From NCBI GenBank assembly GCA_030390025.1, contig CM059432.1:140990001-141054000 (forward strand): a stretch of DNA of 64,000 bases, read 5' to 3'. A program made the translations under genes and the position numbers. This document shows, piece by piece, positions 11,641-25,880 of this stretch. Each line of letters begins with the position of its first letter. The first letter of the stretch is position 1. The notes beneath the pieces are model-generated. The model was given only the letters and a program-made list of their open reading frames with translations, ran no database searches and was not told the DNA's origin. This DNA comes from Squalus acanthias. Taxonomy: Eukaryota.

Positions 11641-14600
11641 CTTGAAGCTGATGAGTGTTGGTACAATCATGGTGAAGCCATTAGTAGCATGAATAGTTAG
11701 TCACTCTGGTGGTATCATTTACTCTGAGCCACTACATGTAATACGCAGTAGCCATATGTACAGGTCATGCACAGATACCACCCAAAAGCTATTGTAAACT
11801 GAGAAACAGTATGAGAGCTAGAGAGCAAATTTTGATCAGTGTTACAAGGGTTCTGTAATTAAGCACAACTCCTGTGTATTCAATACCATTCCACTGTAGT
11901 ATATATTTCAGTTATGGTTTCAGTTTCAATTTTACTGATCTGCCATTAATACCAAAAATACTGTTCTGTTAATTATGCTAGAAGTCTACATACCTGTGTG
12001 GCAGCAGAAAAAGCAGATTAAACCCTAATCATTTCCAAACAAATTGATATAAATAATTTCAAAGTACAAAATTATTGAATAACAGTAATATCATTTCAGC
12101 ATTTATTAGGTTGCTAAAAATAACCGTTCACAGAGAAATAAATAAAGCATCAAGTGGAGGCCAATTTTATTCTTGCTCCCGTTTTTAATTTTAAAATGGA
12201 ACATTTTATCCATACATTTTTTGGATAGAATGCCCTCGAGGTTAAAAAAAAAAGCACACAGCCTAGGTTTTAGGTTCTGGGTTGGGGTTATAGAAAAGGC
12301 CGATGCCGTTGCAGTGAACAGCGGGGTTAAAGATCATCGGAGAAACCCATCAGCATTAAATCAGGTACAGAAAGTAATTAAAAAGGCTAATGGAATGTTG
12401 GCTATCTCAAGAGGGCTGGAATTCAAAGGGGTGGAAGTTATGTTACAGCTGTACAAAGCTGTAGATGGAGTTAAGATAGATCAGGCATGATCTAATTGAA
12501 TGGTGGAACAGGCTCGAGGGGCTGAATGGCCTCCTGTTCCGAAAGCCACAGAATTCTTTTCACAGAAAAGCCAAACAATTGTGGATTATGACCCCAAAAC
12601 ACTAATAAAAATCATGAAATCTAATGGAACAGAAAAGAATTTAACTTGGTTGCCTTGAAGCAATGGCTTTTGTCATTGGCCTTTATTCAGGGCTGTTTTC
12701 AGTTGTACAATATTTCCAGTTGTCAGCTTTTATGAGGCCTGTTACAGCTTTTCTGGAAGCTCTTCAGCTCCTCTGAGCTTTGCTATGTTGACATATCTCA
12801 AAGTGTGGAGTTACAAACCTGAATCAAAGTTGGAGAAATGCAGAGGCGGATGAAACAAAAAAAATTCTGTTTAATGAAAAAAGAACTTAAAATAAATTCA
12901 CCCTGTGTCCTTGCTTTAATTCTGATCAGTTTGTGGGGAAGATTTCCTTTTATGCAGTTTAATTGAAGCTACATCCATGAGAGATTGGGTGCTCCAGTAT
13001 ATTGTGTCCTTTCATCTCTCAGCCTGTTTGAGCATAACCTACAATGATGGGATGAAAATCTGCTGTCTGTACAATCTGTAAGGATTCTAAATGAAAGGGG
13101 GACTAGGCAGTCTCAACTGAGATCATCAGGGGGCATGCCTACTAATCTTGCACCAAACTACTAGTCCCACTTAACACAGCCCATAGTGACGTCTGGTGCA
13201 GGAAATATTGACAGTGGTACAATTAGGACTCTCTCATGAGCTGGTGCATTAAGGCACATTAGTGGGGCAGAGTAGAGTAGAGGATAATACTGACGTGAGC
13301 AGCTAATTTCAATGGTGTTATATTTTTTTTTAAATTAAAAACTTTATCGTTACTGGGAATGCTCCCAATAAGAAAGAATAGCGAGAGGACAAAAAAACTC
13401 ATTTGAAGACACTAATATGTGGGTGCATACCTTTGTTGCCCCCAAGGCTTGATTTCTCCAACACTTTCTTCACAAGCTTGCTCCATGCACAATCTGTAAC
13501 TCGTCAAGAACTTCAACACTGGCATCATATTCCTTGCTAATTCTTCCTCACCCAGCACTTCTCTCCTTGACCAGTTCCCCTTCTTTCATGTATTAACTTC
13601 AAAAACCCTCGTCCACAAATCTTTACATGGCCTTAACCCTGCAACCTCCTCCAGACAGACATCCCTACTTGCATTTTCCACTCTTCTCAATTTGGATTAC
13701 TGTACATTCCCTCACCTTCCCCTCCACCAGGGTTTCAAAGCTTTCAGCCAGCATAGCCCTGCTCAAGGAAACTCCTTCCCTAAAACTTCATCTCTCCACA
13801 TCTTAAAATGCTCTTTATAACCTACCTCTTACAACCTTCTCTAACTGTTCTAATCCCTGCTTAGCATATAAATTTCCTCTCTTCCTTCCCCCCGCCCCCC
13901 CCAACCACTTTCCTGGTGGCATTTCATAATGTAATAGGCTGTACATAAAGGTGCTTTTACAGTGCACTTGGCAGGGAGCTAGGGCCGTTGGCTCCCAATG
14001 CACAGGTCATGCAGTCGATATCAACTCTGGGGTAAACTTGCCAAATTCACAAAACCAGCAGTAGTTCTCAATTTTCCTAGTCGCTGGATTTAGAAAATCC
14101 ATCAAGTTTACTTGAAAGGTTGCCACTGGCTGCACTAGATCCATACATTAGCATCCCACTAAGCCCAATATAAAAAGGAGCTTAAGTGTAAACTATTGTG
14201 TTATTACAAGGTTAAGGTGGAATGAAGTCTAGCACATAATCAAAATCCAAATTTTGAATTAAACGCGAGACTTATAATAAAGGAGGTTAATACCAAAGAT
14301 TGCAGGATGTAGTTAACAGTACTGAAGAAAGAGATTTATAATTATCTTATGGATCATTTATATGGGACAGTTTCTTTGTAACATATTGACTGCATTAAAA
14401 TATGATCCCAAGAATTTAATTAAAAATGTCTATTTTTTCCTGAAGTTAACACGCCACTAAATTACACATTACTAATTTCTCAACAGTGCTACAAGTCTGA
14501 GCTTCCACTTGCCAATGACAGTGTTGAAATATTTGCTGTTTTTACTGATACATTTTAACATGTTAATTCATTGTATTTATTTATAAAGTTTAAGCATATA

Positions 14601-16558
14601 ATCCACAGGTGATACTTTAATGTGCCTTCAGCTTTCATTTACATATTAAGTACTATGATAAAAGATGAAAGGACTATAGTAAATTTTAATTATAAATAAG
14701 ATTACTACACCATTTAACAAGGCATTAATATTCTTTTGTGAAGACTAAGTTTCACAAATACTCACCATAAGCTATCACCAGCAAAAATATGTCTCAAACT
14801 GTGAATAAAAGCCCACAAATTAAACTTTATAATTCTATAAAATAGATAGGGAGTAAGCTCACAGCTGTAATTTCATTGGTGGGGTTCAGCAAACAATTAA
14901 AACATATGATTTTTCTGAAGATACAGTCTTGTAAACTCATTCTCGTGTATCCAGTGCTCTCAGTGAAACAATCAAGAGGCAGTTGAGGTACAAAATAAAA
15001 TTTGGATTTTGTGGACTGCTGTGGATTATAATATAGTGCAGCAGAAAACCGTCCTGTCCATTTTCTTTTACATTTTTACTTCATTAAATAAAATCACAAA
15101 TGTAACTTTTCCCCTTGGGTTTAAGAATACGCTTGATAATTGGTTGTATATAAATGAATACTGAATAAAAGATGATCATAAACTTTATTTCTGTTGTGTG
15201 TTCATTTGCTGCATTACAGGAGTATAACCCACAAAGGAAACTAACTTATGTACAAGTTCACTTTAAGTAATTACATTTTAAACTTAGTTTGCAGGAAACG
15301 TACACAACTTTACAGCACAACCAATTAAACAAAAAATAATCACTTTGCAAAAATCAGACGTTCTTTTGAACTAGTTATTACTAATTCTCAATTCATTGCC
15401 CTCCACAGATCAAAAGCTGGGCAAATCAATGACCTGGAAAAATCAGAGGGACACCAGAAACTTTCAAAAAAAACCAATTAGTTGGGGTACACATAATTTG
15501 GCACGTCAAGTCACCTGCAGGATAACTGCCAGGAGTAATCTGCACAATTAGACTAAGCTCGAAGGCTCAGACCAGACTGATTACGATATTTTGGCAGATT
15601 TGGACTCAGCTCCATGATAGATCTTGAGAAAATCGTATGGCATTCTGTTCCTAAAGATTTATTTACTGTCCATTATCTTTACGTTATTACTGCATAAAAA
15701 AAAAAAAAATCACAAATACGACTTCCCTAGGTTAGAGAATATGCCTTATGTGGGAGGTACTGTTTGAGGAGAGCTGCCTGTGGAATTTAGAAGTTTGATA
15801 AGAAAGTAAACTGTGCATAGCAAATTTTACAAACATTTCTATCTGAAAAAGGGGAGTGATGTTGGGTGTTCCTCAGGTTGGTTTTCCCCATTCTGCTTCA
15901 AATGTGTCATCATGTGTTATGTAAACAAGCATCAGTTCAGGTCCACTCCTGTTTAATCTCCATCATTTGATCACTTTTCAAAAGGCTTTGAACAATTTGG
16001 ATTTTAACATGCTAAAGTTATTAGAAGTTGGGGGGGGGGGGGGGGGGGGTGAGGGGGAAGGTGGAATTTAATGGACAATACAGCAATTTTGTAAATATAA
16101 ATTTCTACATTAAGCTGCAGGCTTTACTTTGCAATGCTAGAAGGGAAGGTTTTCCATCCCTCCCAGCTGTAATAAGGGACATGGGATTAGTCTCTTCATT
16201 GATTCTTCTGCTGTGATAATATCCTCAGGACATTTTACAATACGTGGTAAGGGAGGGTCACATTAGTATCAGTTTAAAAAAAAATCAAAAGAATGGATCT
16301 TTACTCCATTGTATAACATACCGTACCACTGGTATAAGTTGTATACTTTCATCCTTTAATATGCAGGGTGAATCCTATCTCTAAAAGGTGAGAGGTCAGC
16401 CATATTTTAATTTAATTTGGTGTTGGACAATTGGGTGCTTGCTGTTGTGAAACAAATTAATTTCATGGTTTTTTTATACAATCAACATTAACCACAGATT
16501 TTTATGCAGCCGCCAATCAGGCACGCTTGGCACATGCGCAGCTACAGAAACTAGAAGG

Positions 16559-16689
16559 TAACGTTCCCGCTAAGTTGCGCAGTGGTCTGGAGGTCCCACG
16601 CAGGCCGCTCACCGGCTTTTCAATGGAAGAAACCGTGCATGTGTGAAAATTTGAATGGGACCGCGCACGAAAAAAGAGAGGCAATATTG
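16559..16689. mobile_element. Non-autonomous hAT-type MITE (same family as 4929-5096, opposite orientation)
   Basis: TIR-like ends taacgttcccgctaag / agaggcaatattg; 8-bp TSD ctagaagg / ctggaagg (7/8); interior cccacgcaggccgctcacc is the reverse complement of 5033-5051. Confidence 0.7.
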
Positions 16690-16871
16690 CTGGAAGGATG
16701 GATTTAGTTTTGTTTGTTACAGAACAGATCTCTAAAATGGATCTGGAAAAAGGATACATACTCTAACTTTTAAATGCCAAACTCTGTAAAAACTTAAGAT
16801 TCAAAGCTTTAGCTGGATTATAAAGGTCTTGAGAACAAAAAAGCACATAGGTTCAATACAAAAATAAATGT

Positions 16872-16877
16872 TTTATT
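16872..16877 (-). terminator. Candidate poly(A) signal of MTBP
   Basis: tttatt (AATAAA on -) about 220 nt downstream of the MTBP stop codon. Confidence 0.35.
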
Positions 16878-17095
16878 CTCCATGATTATATTGGCATCTA
16901 AATAAGTATCCTCTTAGTTTTCAGAATAAACTTAGAGAACAAAATTGTTATTAAGGAGGTATGCAACACAATTCTGCATATTTTTATATTTGTGTACTTC
17001 ATGCTGCTTCCAAATGCAGAACTGTCCAGAGAAATCCCATCAGATTTAGAAAGAGTCTTCAGTGGAGTTTCCAGTTCCTGAATGAACCCTGGATT

Positions 17096-17134
17096 TCACT
17101 TCTTATCGGCTTTTTCCAACACCCAGTCAATCAC
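17096..17134 (-). CDS. MTBP: MTBP terminal coding exon
   Basis: ttgttcag|GTG ATT GAC TGG GTG TTG GAA AAA GCC GAT AAG AAG TGA = VIDWVLEKADKK*, matching the recalled MTBP end (VIDWVLEKTSKK). Confidence 0.92.
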   Translation of the reverse strand: MIDWVLEKADKK

Positions 17135-17254
17135 CTGAACAAGAAACAGCAGACACATTTGATGCAACTAATTTGTCGATCTCACTGATTTTGACTACCA
17201 TTGTACAGTCCATCACTGCAGTCCACTGCTTTACGCAAGGCAACAAAAAATTTT

Positions 17255-18190
17255 TTTATATAGCACATTTAACATAGAAAACATCCCAATGTGCTTTACA
17301 GGATTTAAGGAATAAATGAAGGGATGCTGAGTCATGGTGAGGGAGTTGAGAAAGGGGACTGAAAAGTTGGGTTTTGAGAAGGTTTTTAAAGCTAGAGAGA
17401 TAAGTGGAAAGATGGATGGGGTTTAGGGAGTGGCAGCTAAAAGCTCTCCCACCAATGGTGGAGCAATGGGGGGGAGGGAATGCACAAAAGGCTAGAGTTG
17501 AAGGACCAAAGGGTAGAGTTGCAGAGATTGGGGGTGGGGGTTGCAGAGTTAGGGTGGGGGTTGCAGAGATTGGGTAGAGCAAGGCCATGAAACCATTTGG
17601 GGGAGAACAAAAAGCCAATGTAGACCAGCGAGGCAAAAGCAATGAACAGGTAGGACTTATTGCTGGACAGGATACAGGCAGTTGGAGCTTGTGAAGGGTG
17701 GAGGAAAAAGGGCGACAAAGACAGTCGGAGAATATCTAGTGCAGAGGTGGGTAAGGGTTTCAGTGGCAGTGTGGGCAAGGTAGGGGCTGAGGTGGATGAT
17801 ATTGCAGAGGGTTAGTAAGCAGTCTTCCTGACACAGATGATGTAGGGTTTGAAGGTCAGTTCCTGGTTCAGCAGGGTACCAAGGATTTGCACTGTTTGGT
17901 TCAGAGCAGGTGGTGGGGAGGGGGATGGAGTAAGTGGCAAAGGGACAGATGGCTTATAATAGCTCCAGCCCTCCCGATTTTCAGTTAGAGGAAATTTTAA
18001 CTCATCCATGCCTAGTATATTAGACAGGCAGTCAGACAGCATAGAAATGGTCATGGGGTTGAGGGAAGTGGTGGAGAGGTAGAACTAGACATCATCAGCA
18101 TTCATATGATAGCTCACACCATGGCAATGATATCAGAAAGGGGAAGCGTATAGATATGCATGAGGAGGCGGCCAAGGATCCTTGAGGGCT
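17255..18190 (-). mobile_element. Old L2-type LINE fragment in last MTBP intron
   Basis: Reverse of the L2 tail (ttttatatagcacattt…) and degraded RT remnants (SDCLSNI…WM…L.LTENRE; YADD-like region ~18090). Confidence 0.7.
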
Positions 18191-18784
18191 CCAGAGGCAA
18201 AGATGTTTTTGTGGAAGGGGCAAGGGAAGCTGTCAAAAATAATCTACGTATCCCATGTTGAACTAAGAATTAAACTAAATAAAAAAAGTCTTTAAACAGT
18301 AATTGAAACATGACAATTGAAACATGACAATGTAAAAGTACTTTGAATTATATGCCTTATATTGCATGTTATTTGGCTCTTAAGATTGTAGGCGTTCACT
18401 TTTTCTCACTTTGATATTGGGACACAGCTGCCTTCTGTGAACAGCAACCAACCTTTTATAGGAAATGCTTGTATGATTTTCAGGAGTGATTTGAGCAAAG
18501 GCTGTGTTAATTCAGATTAAATTCATGAACTAGAAAAAGTCTTGCCGAACTATTGCTCCACCGTGACCATAAAATCTTATTTTCTAAAATCAACTTTTAT
18601 GTTGTGTTAAATTAATGTCTTCAAAAGTATTTAGAATTTTATTAATTGGAACAGTGGCAATCCACAGAGGTTATTTTGGGATGTCCTAGTGGAGCTAGAC
18701 AAGTTGGCTTAGAGTGACCCAATAGTTAACAGTGCCATGAAGGGTGAGCAAGCTAATTGCTGCCATGAGAGTGGCAGGGAGAGT

Positions 18785-19025
18785 CATAGAATCATACAGC
18801 ACAGGAGGAGGCCATTTGGCCCATCGTACCTGTGCCAGCTCTTTGGTAGAGCTATCCAATTAATCCCATTCCCCTGCTCTTTCACCATAGCCCTGCAAAT
18901 TTTTTCCCTTCAAGTATTTATCCAATTCTCTTCTGAAAGTTATTAAATCTGCTCCCACCGCCATTTCAGGCAGTGCATTCCAGATCATAACAACTCGCTG
19001 AGTAAAAAAAAAAAGTTTCCTCATG
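18785..19025 (-). mobile_element. CR1 (HER1-like) 3' tail
   Basis: catagaatcatacagcacaggaggaggccatt…caggcagtgcattcca. Confidence 0.75.
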
Positions 19026-22000
19026 TCTGCCTACCCCATTGATGTTCTGCTGGCCCTGGTGCATTTTCCACGGTCAAGTCTCCATCATAAAATATTCAAA
19101 TTAGTCTGGGACAGGGGAGGAGTGGAAAAATCATCGCTGCTGCAGAACTTTGGCAGTCGAGTAGCTTAAAGAAGGACGTGTCCAGCATCTGAGCTCCAGC
19201 GCCAGTAGGGGAGAGTGAAATAGTTTGCCCCACAATTGATTGTAGCCTGATTTAATGCTCAAACGGTGTCTGCCAGGTCTAGAAACTTTGGATACCTGCC
19301 CTATAGAGGAGTTCTTAGCATCCAACGTGGTAATGATGGAAAATGTGACGCATTAAAACCAATCAATAGACTACGCCTGCAAGTAAGTGAATGTTTCTGA
19401 TGGAAAATTTGACAGGTAAAAATGGGCGGGGATCCAGCATTAACAGGCCATATTCATTCAACGCTGCCCACATCAACTCTAGATGTGATTTGATTTCTTC
19501 CCTTCATCAAGCTAGTTTTAAATTTAGGCTATATTGTATTACCTCCACATACAACATAGGCTTACTATAATAAAGTCATTGAGTCATTTTGTTTTATTGC
19601 ACAAAATTCATCTTATTGAATTAGTGTGCTTGCCATTCTGTGGCTGGAACTTGCTTCATGTTCTGCCACAGCATCACAGTACTATCAGCGACATGACCTA
19701 ATGATATGAATAGCTGATAATCGCTAAAATTTGGATACACAATGAGCTAGTTCAGAAATAGCATCCAAAAATCATCGTTTTCCAAGAACTAGCTGATGTC
19801 TACTAAGTAGGTCATGGAATAAAATAAAACCAGAGTGGAGAATTTACGCTAACCACTGCTACAATTGTCCATTATTTCATCATCCCCTATAATTTCCCTG
19901 ATTCAATTCGCGCTAACAAGTGCATGCGTTCAGTGAAAATTACACAAGTAATTATTATAAATACACAGAGTACTGCAACTAACTCTCAATTAACCACCAA
20001 CAGTTCCCAATAACTTCAGGGGATGCGATTTAGGGTTGTTACAGTTGCTTGCATACTATGATATACATTATAGTGAAGTCACAATATATTCATTGGAACC
20101 AATAACTCATTCCCAAGGATGGGAAATTCTCTGCATCTGTCCATTGGAGCTTTCCGAATTCCCCACAAATGTCCAGTGATTACCGGCATCATTTATCTTC
20201 ACAGATCACAAGCTCCAGCTATATGTTACAATTGTAATCGCTAAAACATTAGTCATTTGATGCATCTATTCGGCTTGATTTATTGGTTTTCAACTTCTGT
20301 TAGTTTTCTTTTAAAAAAAAGATACACCTAGGGCCAGAATTTCCAATAATGCCGTTGGAACGGAGGCAGGGAGCGACTTCTGCCCATCTTCATGTCATGG
20401 TGATGATACTGCCATAAACTGTGGGGTCAGCTAATTTAAATATCCAAAGGCATGCAGGCTGCCCAATACAGCCTGAAACAGCTCAGATACACCGGGGCGG
20501 GAGGGGCGAATGATCGTCACATTCACGTGGAGGCACCACGAGACAAATGGCAGGTGGTCACAATCTCATGTCATGTCCAATGTCATCCTAAGTGGCAATA
20601 TCAGAGAAAGATTTTGACACATTGTAGTGTTACCTGGAGCTGGTGTTGGCACCACGAATATCTGAAACCACCCCTCCCCTAGACAGCGAGGTTTCCAAAC
20701 CAATCAATACACTCAAAAGTGGATGCTTTGACCACTGGCCTTCAAGCACTCAGGGTACTCAGACCCAGGACCTAGCACGAGTGGCACAGCTAGAGTCTGC
20801 CTTCATGATGCCGCCCGCTTTCCTGGTGACAGCTCATATGGCATTTTTAGCCAGCCCCTGTCAGATGCCTGTTCATGTAGGTTAAGATACAGGACTAGAC
20901 TGTCCACAGACCTGCAGTGGTGAAGTAGCTGACTGAACAGTCCTCCCAGGAGTCTGAGACAAGAGCCACCATGGTGTAGGACTCATGATACCACATGGAA
21001 ACAAGCACCTAGCACTCAGGTATCACCTAGAAGCAGCACCAGGAAAGGTTTAAGAATAGCACAGAAAAGTATCAAGAGGAGGCTTGGAGGTAAAAAGCAC
21101 TTGCAGTAAATATATATGTGATAAGTCCAGTTCTGAAGCAAGTCTGTTTCTGTTCTTTGTTTCGGAGAGGATGTTTGGAGGTCTGTTTACAATGGAACAG
21201 AGTTCCTTCTACACCTCCTAACTGAACTGTTGCTTCCTTAACTTCTTTGGAGTCATAATCGAGGGAGCAATGAAGTCTGTAGACTGATGGAAGGATAACT
21301 CAAAGTTGGATTTCTTTTCCTTTGATGCATAGTAAGCCTACGTATCTCTCATTTCTTCTTCTTCCTGCTCCTGTTTCAGCTCCATTATAAGAACATAGAG
21401 TACTGCCCAGAGTACTGCCCAGAATAAATCCCATTGTTAAGGCTCTATGACAAATGGGTGGGAATAAATTAAATCCCTGTCTGAAATCCTGAAAGGCAGT
21501 TTACAGAATACTACTGCAGTAGCAGCACAGATGAGAACAGATTTTTAAAACATCTGTTCAGTCAAAGCTGATGTTTCAGACAAAGTGTGTCAAGATTCAA
21601 AGTCTGCTGAACTCAACCACTACCTGGTTTGACACTCATGCAGGTAACTTATCCCTCCTCTCTACAAGTTTAACTTAAGTCAGGCACAGTTCTGGAATAA
21701 ATGGTGGAATTTCTGCAACATGAGCTGTTGCCCTCAGTATTCTGCTATTTGCAAACATGCACCACTTTGGGGGACTGGTGCATCTTCTACCAGACGTCAC
21801 TTCTTAAATACACACTAAATTCCAGTAGAACAGGTACAATTCTGGCATATCTGATTTACATCCTAAATTCCAGTCTTCCATACCAGAACTACATCACCTT
21901 TGTACCAAAAAAACCTTGGAATTTTTGGTCCTTATTTATCTCATCAACATTGTTCAGACTGAACACATTGGAATCAGAACCTCAAGCATAGAGGCTATTC

Positions 22001-22319
22001 CATCATGTATTTGGGGAACACCACAGTTAGCTGGGTACTTTATTAAAAATGTTCACAAATTGAAACGAACAGAACTAATTTAGAAACAAATACAAGAAAT
22101 GTTGCAATTCCTTTTGTCACATGTATGGTATATAATTTCTGTATTAAAAAGGACAAATGAGATTACAATAGATTACTTAAAATAAGCACCTTTAGTAAAC
22201 ACAAGTGTGGGCATTGCAGTTTTACAATGGGGGAGAAGGAACCTAACCCCCCAAACACAGGACAATATGAAAAACAATAGTAGAAAGGAGATTTTGCTTT
22301 ACAGAATAATTCTGCTCAC

Positions 22320-22385
22320 CTGCCGAACATTATTGTTTGCAGCCTTTTTCATTTCTTCATGTAGACCACGTGATGTTTTTAAATC
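22320..22385 (-). CDS. MTBP: MTBP exon (2nd from last)
   Basis: tag|DLKTSRGLHEEMKKAANNNVRQ|gtgag; 66 nt, phase 0-0; conserved C-terminal (Sld7-like) region. Confidence 0.93.
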
Positions 22386-23379
22386 CTATGTAAAGGTCAA
22401 TTAGGAAGAACACAAGTCATGTGAAGTTTTGGAAAATGACATATTAGCAGTTTCAATATTTTCAGATGACAACATTCCACAATCTTTATACATAGTTTCT
22501 CAACCAGGTTTTTGCATTTGTAGTCATAATGAATGATGAAAAATAGAACATTAATACATCACAACCAGATCATTTATAGCATAGCAAAGTGCAATGTACT
22601 ACTCCTTCCTACAGCTGCCTAACCACACACCTTAATGTGCTCCCCCAAAACTAAATTGTAGGATCTTTTCATTTTTCAAATTGTATACCTTTACTTCTTA
22701 ATCAATTATGAAATGCATCAAAATATACTATGGCCACACGATTCTGTTCCGAAACAGAACCTGCATTACAATTAGTTACCAGGCAGAGAGATAAGAAAAG
22801 CTTTAGAAACAAATAAAAAAATGTTTAAATCATTATAGTGTTTTGAATACCCTTCACTCACTTTCAACAGAGGTTTAAGTTTAAATCAAATGATTTAGCA
22901 TTGAGGTCAATTCCTGAACACTCAATTCTTTACCAGTAATTGGCTGAAACCCCATTCTAGACATTGACTATAATTACCTATTGCCTCCTCAACCTTCTGG
23001 ATGCAAACAGAATTTTATTTTATGGACCAGCATACCAACTTGTCTATCCAACATCTAGATCCCTCCATTGGCTTCTTGACAAGTCACTTGCTTTCCTCAA
23101 GGGTAGCCTTTCTCCCTAGGGTGAGAAATGTACAGTTTTCTGTATGCATAATGAATGGTGGAACACTTACATGATCAGAAAAGATCCTGCTGGCCATGCT
23201 AAGAGGAGAGCAAGAATTTCTATTCACATTGAAGTTACAAGTTGAGAATTTAATTAGCAAAGAATTGAAAGGAAAGTTCGAAAGCATTTTGTTACAGGGA
23301 GGGTGGTTGGAATGTGTAATCCTCAGCTTCAAACAATTGAGGCACACTCCATAAATTCTTTGCTTGAGAAAGAGGAATG

Positions 23380-23760
23380 TTATAGGGTAATTGCAGGGAG
23401 TATAGAAGCCCTGGAAAAGATTCAGTGGAGGTCCTTTAGATAGATACCTAATGCAAAGGCCCTCAGTTATCAAGATAGGCTGACAGAGCTGGAGGATTTG
23501 TAGTTTGGAAAAGTGTAGACTTTGAGGACATATGATTGAGGTCTTTAAAATAATGAAAGGATTAGACTCGGTCCAAGTGGATAGGCTATTTGAGCTAGAT
23601 AGGTTAGAGAGGACCATGGGACACAAGTATGTTACAGAAACAGAGAACTATGTTAGACGGTAGGAAATATTTTGCACAGAGCGTCATCGATCTTTGGAAT
23701 AAGTTGTTGGCACGTGCATTGAGTGTTGATTTGGGGCAAGCATTCAGAAGGGTGTTGAAT
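23380..23760 (+). mobile_element. Old CR1 3' fragment
   Basis: Degraded LEKIQ.R…DMIEVFKIMKG…YFAQSVIDLWN.L motifs. Confidence 0.6.
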
Positions 23761-23764
23761 TATT

Positions 23765-24432
23765 ACATAGAATATGCGGCACAGAAACAGGCCATTCGGC
23801 CCAACCAGTCCATGCCGCCGTTTATGCTCCACACGAGCCTCCTCCTGTCTTTCTTCATCTAAATCTATCAGCATAACCCTCTATTCCCTACTACGATAGC
23901 AAAATACTGCGGATGCTGGAAATCTGAAATAACAGAAAACGCTGGAAAAACTCAGCAGGCCAGGCAGCATCCGTGGAGAGAGAAAGAGAGTTAACGTTTC
24001 AGGTCGATGACCTTTCGTCAGACCCTCTATTCCCTTCTCCCTCATATGCTTGTCGAGCCTCCCCTTAAATGCATCTATACTATTCGCCTCAACCACTCCC
24101 TGTGGTAGCAAGTTCCACATTCTCACCACTCTCTGGGTAAAGAAGTTTCTTCTGAATTTCCTATTGGATTTCTTGGTGACTATCTTATATTGATGGCCTC
24201 TAGTTATGCTCTTCCCCACAAGTGGAAACACTCTCTCTGTATCCACTCTATCAAAACCTTTCATAATTTTAAAGACCTCTATTAGGTCACCCCTCAGCCT
24301 TCCATTTTTTTTTTTTAAAAGAGAAAAGAGGCCCAGCCTGTTCATCCTTTCCTGATATGTATACCCTCGCATTTCTGGCATCATCCTTGTAAATCTTCTC
24401 TGCACCCTCTCCAGTGCCTCTATATCCTTTTT
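23765..24432 (-). mobile_element. CR1 3' fragment interrupted by a 132-bp PLE-derived insert
   Basis: ORF 23881..24405 QRRFTRMMP…LRGDLIEVFKIMKGFDRVD…FFTQRVVRMWN. Confidence 0.85.
23890..24021 (-). mobile_element. Short Penelope family-A unit starting at the hammerhead core, with 14-bp TSD
   Basis: Direct repeats accctctattccct at 23876-23889 and 24022-24035. Insert begins (on -) CTGACGAAAGGTCATCGACCTGAAACGTTAACT. Confidence 0.85.
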
Positions 24433-25880
24433 ATAATAAGAGTTCCTGAGAATGGCAAATATATCTACAAATAGAAGGTAGGTGGGTCATTGGGGGTTGT
24501 ATAATCCAGTCACCGTGGTCTCCTGAAACTTGCTTGATTGCCTTCAGGGGGCGGAGAGAAATTTCCCAGAGCATAAGGCTTTTTCTCTCTCCCAGGAGAT
24601 TGCGTGGTTGCATGGGATGGGAAAAATAGGGTGATGGTGTGCAGAAGTTACTCCACTTCAGGGTGGACAGGCTTGATGGACCAGCTAAGCTTTTTCCTGT
24701 CCTTTTGCATACGTTTGTACGGGGAGTGAGAAAAAAGGGCAGCATTAGACCAAGTGATTCATGTGGAGTAAAACACCAGCACAGAATGACTGGACGGCCT
24801 GTTTCTGTGCTGTAAAATTCTATGATAGGAATGGTAAGTGACAAGTTTTGAAGAATAATTATATGGTGTAGTAAGTACAAAGATTGAACTCTCAACTGTC
24901 TCATTATGTAAGGGGCAACTCTGCACTTCCATGGGGGAGATGCACATGCAGGAACCCTGGACCTATGAATCAGAGCTACAATGTTGTAAGCCCAATCTCT
25001 GACCCATGTTCCCTGCGAGCATGACTAGTAACTGGGAACTCAGGATCATGGAATTACCCTTGCATTCTGTTTATACTGCACATCCTGGTTTTGTCCATTT
25101 TTGCAGCATTAAAATCAGTTCTTTCATTTACCTTTTATTTAAAAAATGTATCTTTCAGTGGTGTAAAAAGAGAAGATTGTGATAATTTAATACTCTTAGT
25201 ACTGTGGCCCATCACAGATCAATGTCATCAAGATTTCCATAAAATATAGATTGGGAAAACAGTAGCAGGGAAAAGAAAACTCAGACGCAGAAATGTAGCA
25301 TCAAGGTGAAGGGGCAGGAAGACTGTGAGCAATAAGAATTCAGAAGTAGAAGGTGGTTTTTAAAGTTCCATTTAAAAACCAATAGGACAGTGGAGTGTCA
25401 CAAGAGCTTCTTAAAAGACTATATTACATTAGCCAGCTGGATATTTTCTGATCCTCTAAAGTGTTCCACAACTCGTTATACATACAAAGAACTGCACTTT
25501 TCTCACCCAAGGGAAAAAAAGGCTACTTTTAAGGAAAGCGAATAACTTGTCAAAAAGCTGACAGAGGACAGACTGGACGGACAACTTAGTATGCTGAACA
25601 ATAAAATTTAAATTGTGTTTGCATCAGGATTATACATTTAAGTTGTATGCCTAGAACTCTCTGTACAATGGCATTGAAATGGAGAACATCTTGAACACTG
25701 AAATTCTACGCCTGCATGCCATTATCTGAACAGAAAAGAAAATGGGAAGGATACATAGAATCTACCTATGTGGATAAAAATATAATTGTGGAGACCAGTC
25801 AGTTCAAGTTTCTCCTCCCTCTCAGCTGAGATCAGTTTTGGGAGCATTAGAAGCAGTGGTTGTGAGCACCCTGCAACTCA

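Noticed and set aside
20331..21730. gggccagaattt start resembling the MITE TIR, followed by GC-richer sequence (possible decayed Harbinger)
   Set aside because: I could not find a convincing matching right TIR, TSD or transposase motif.
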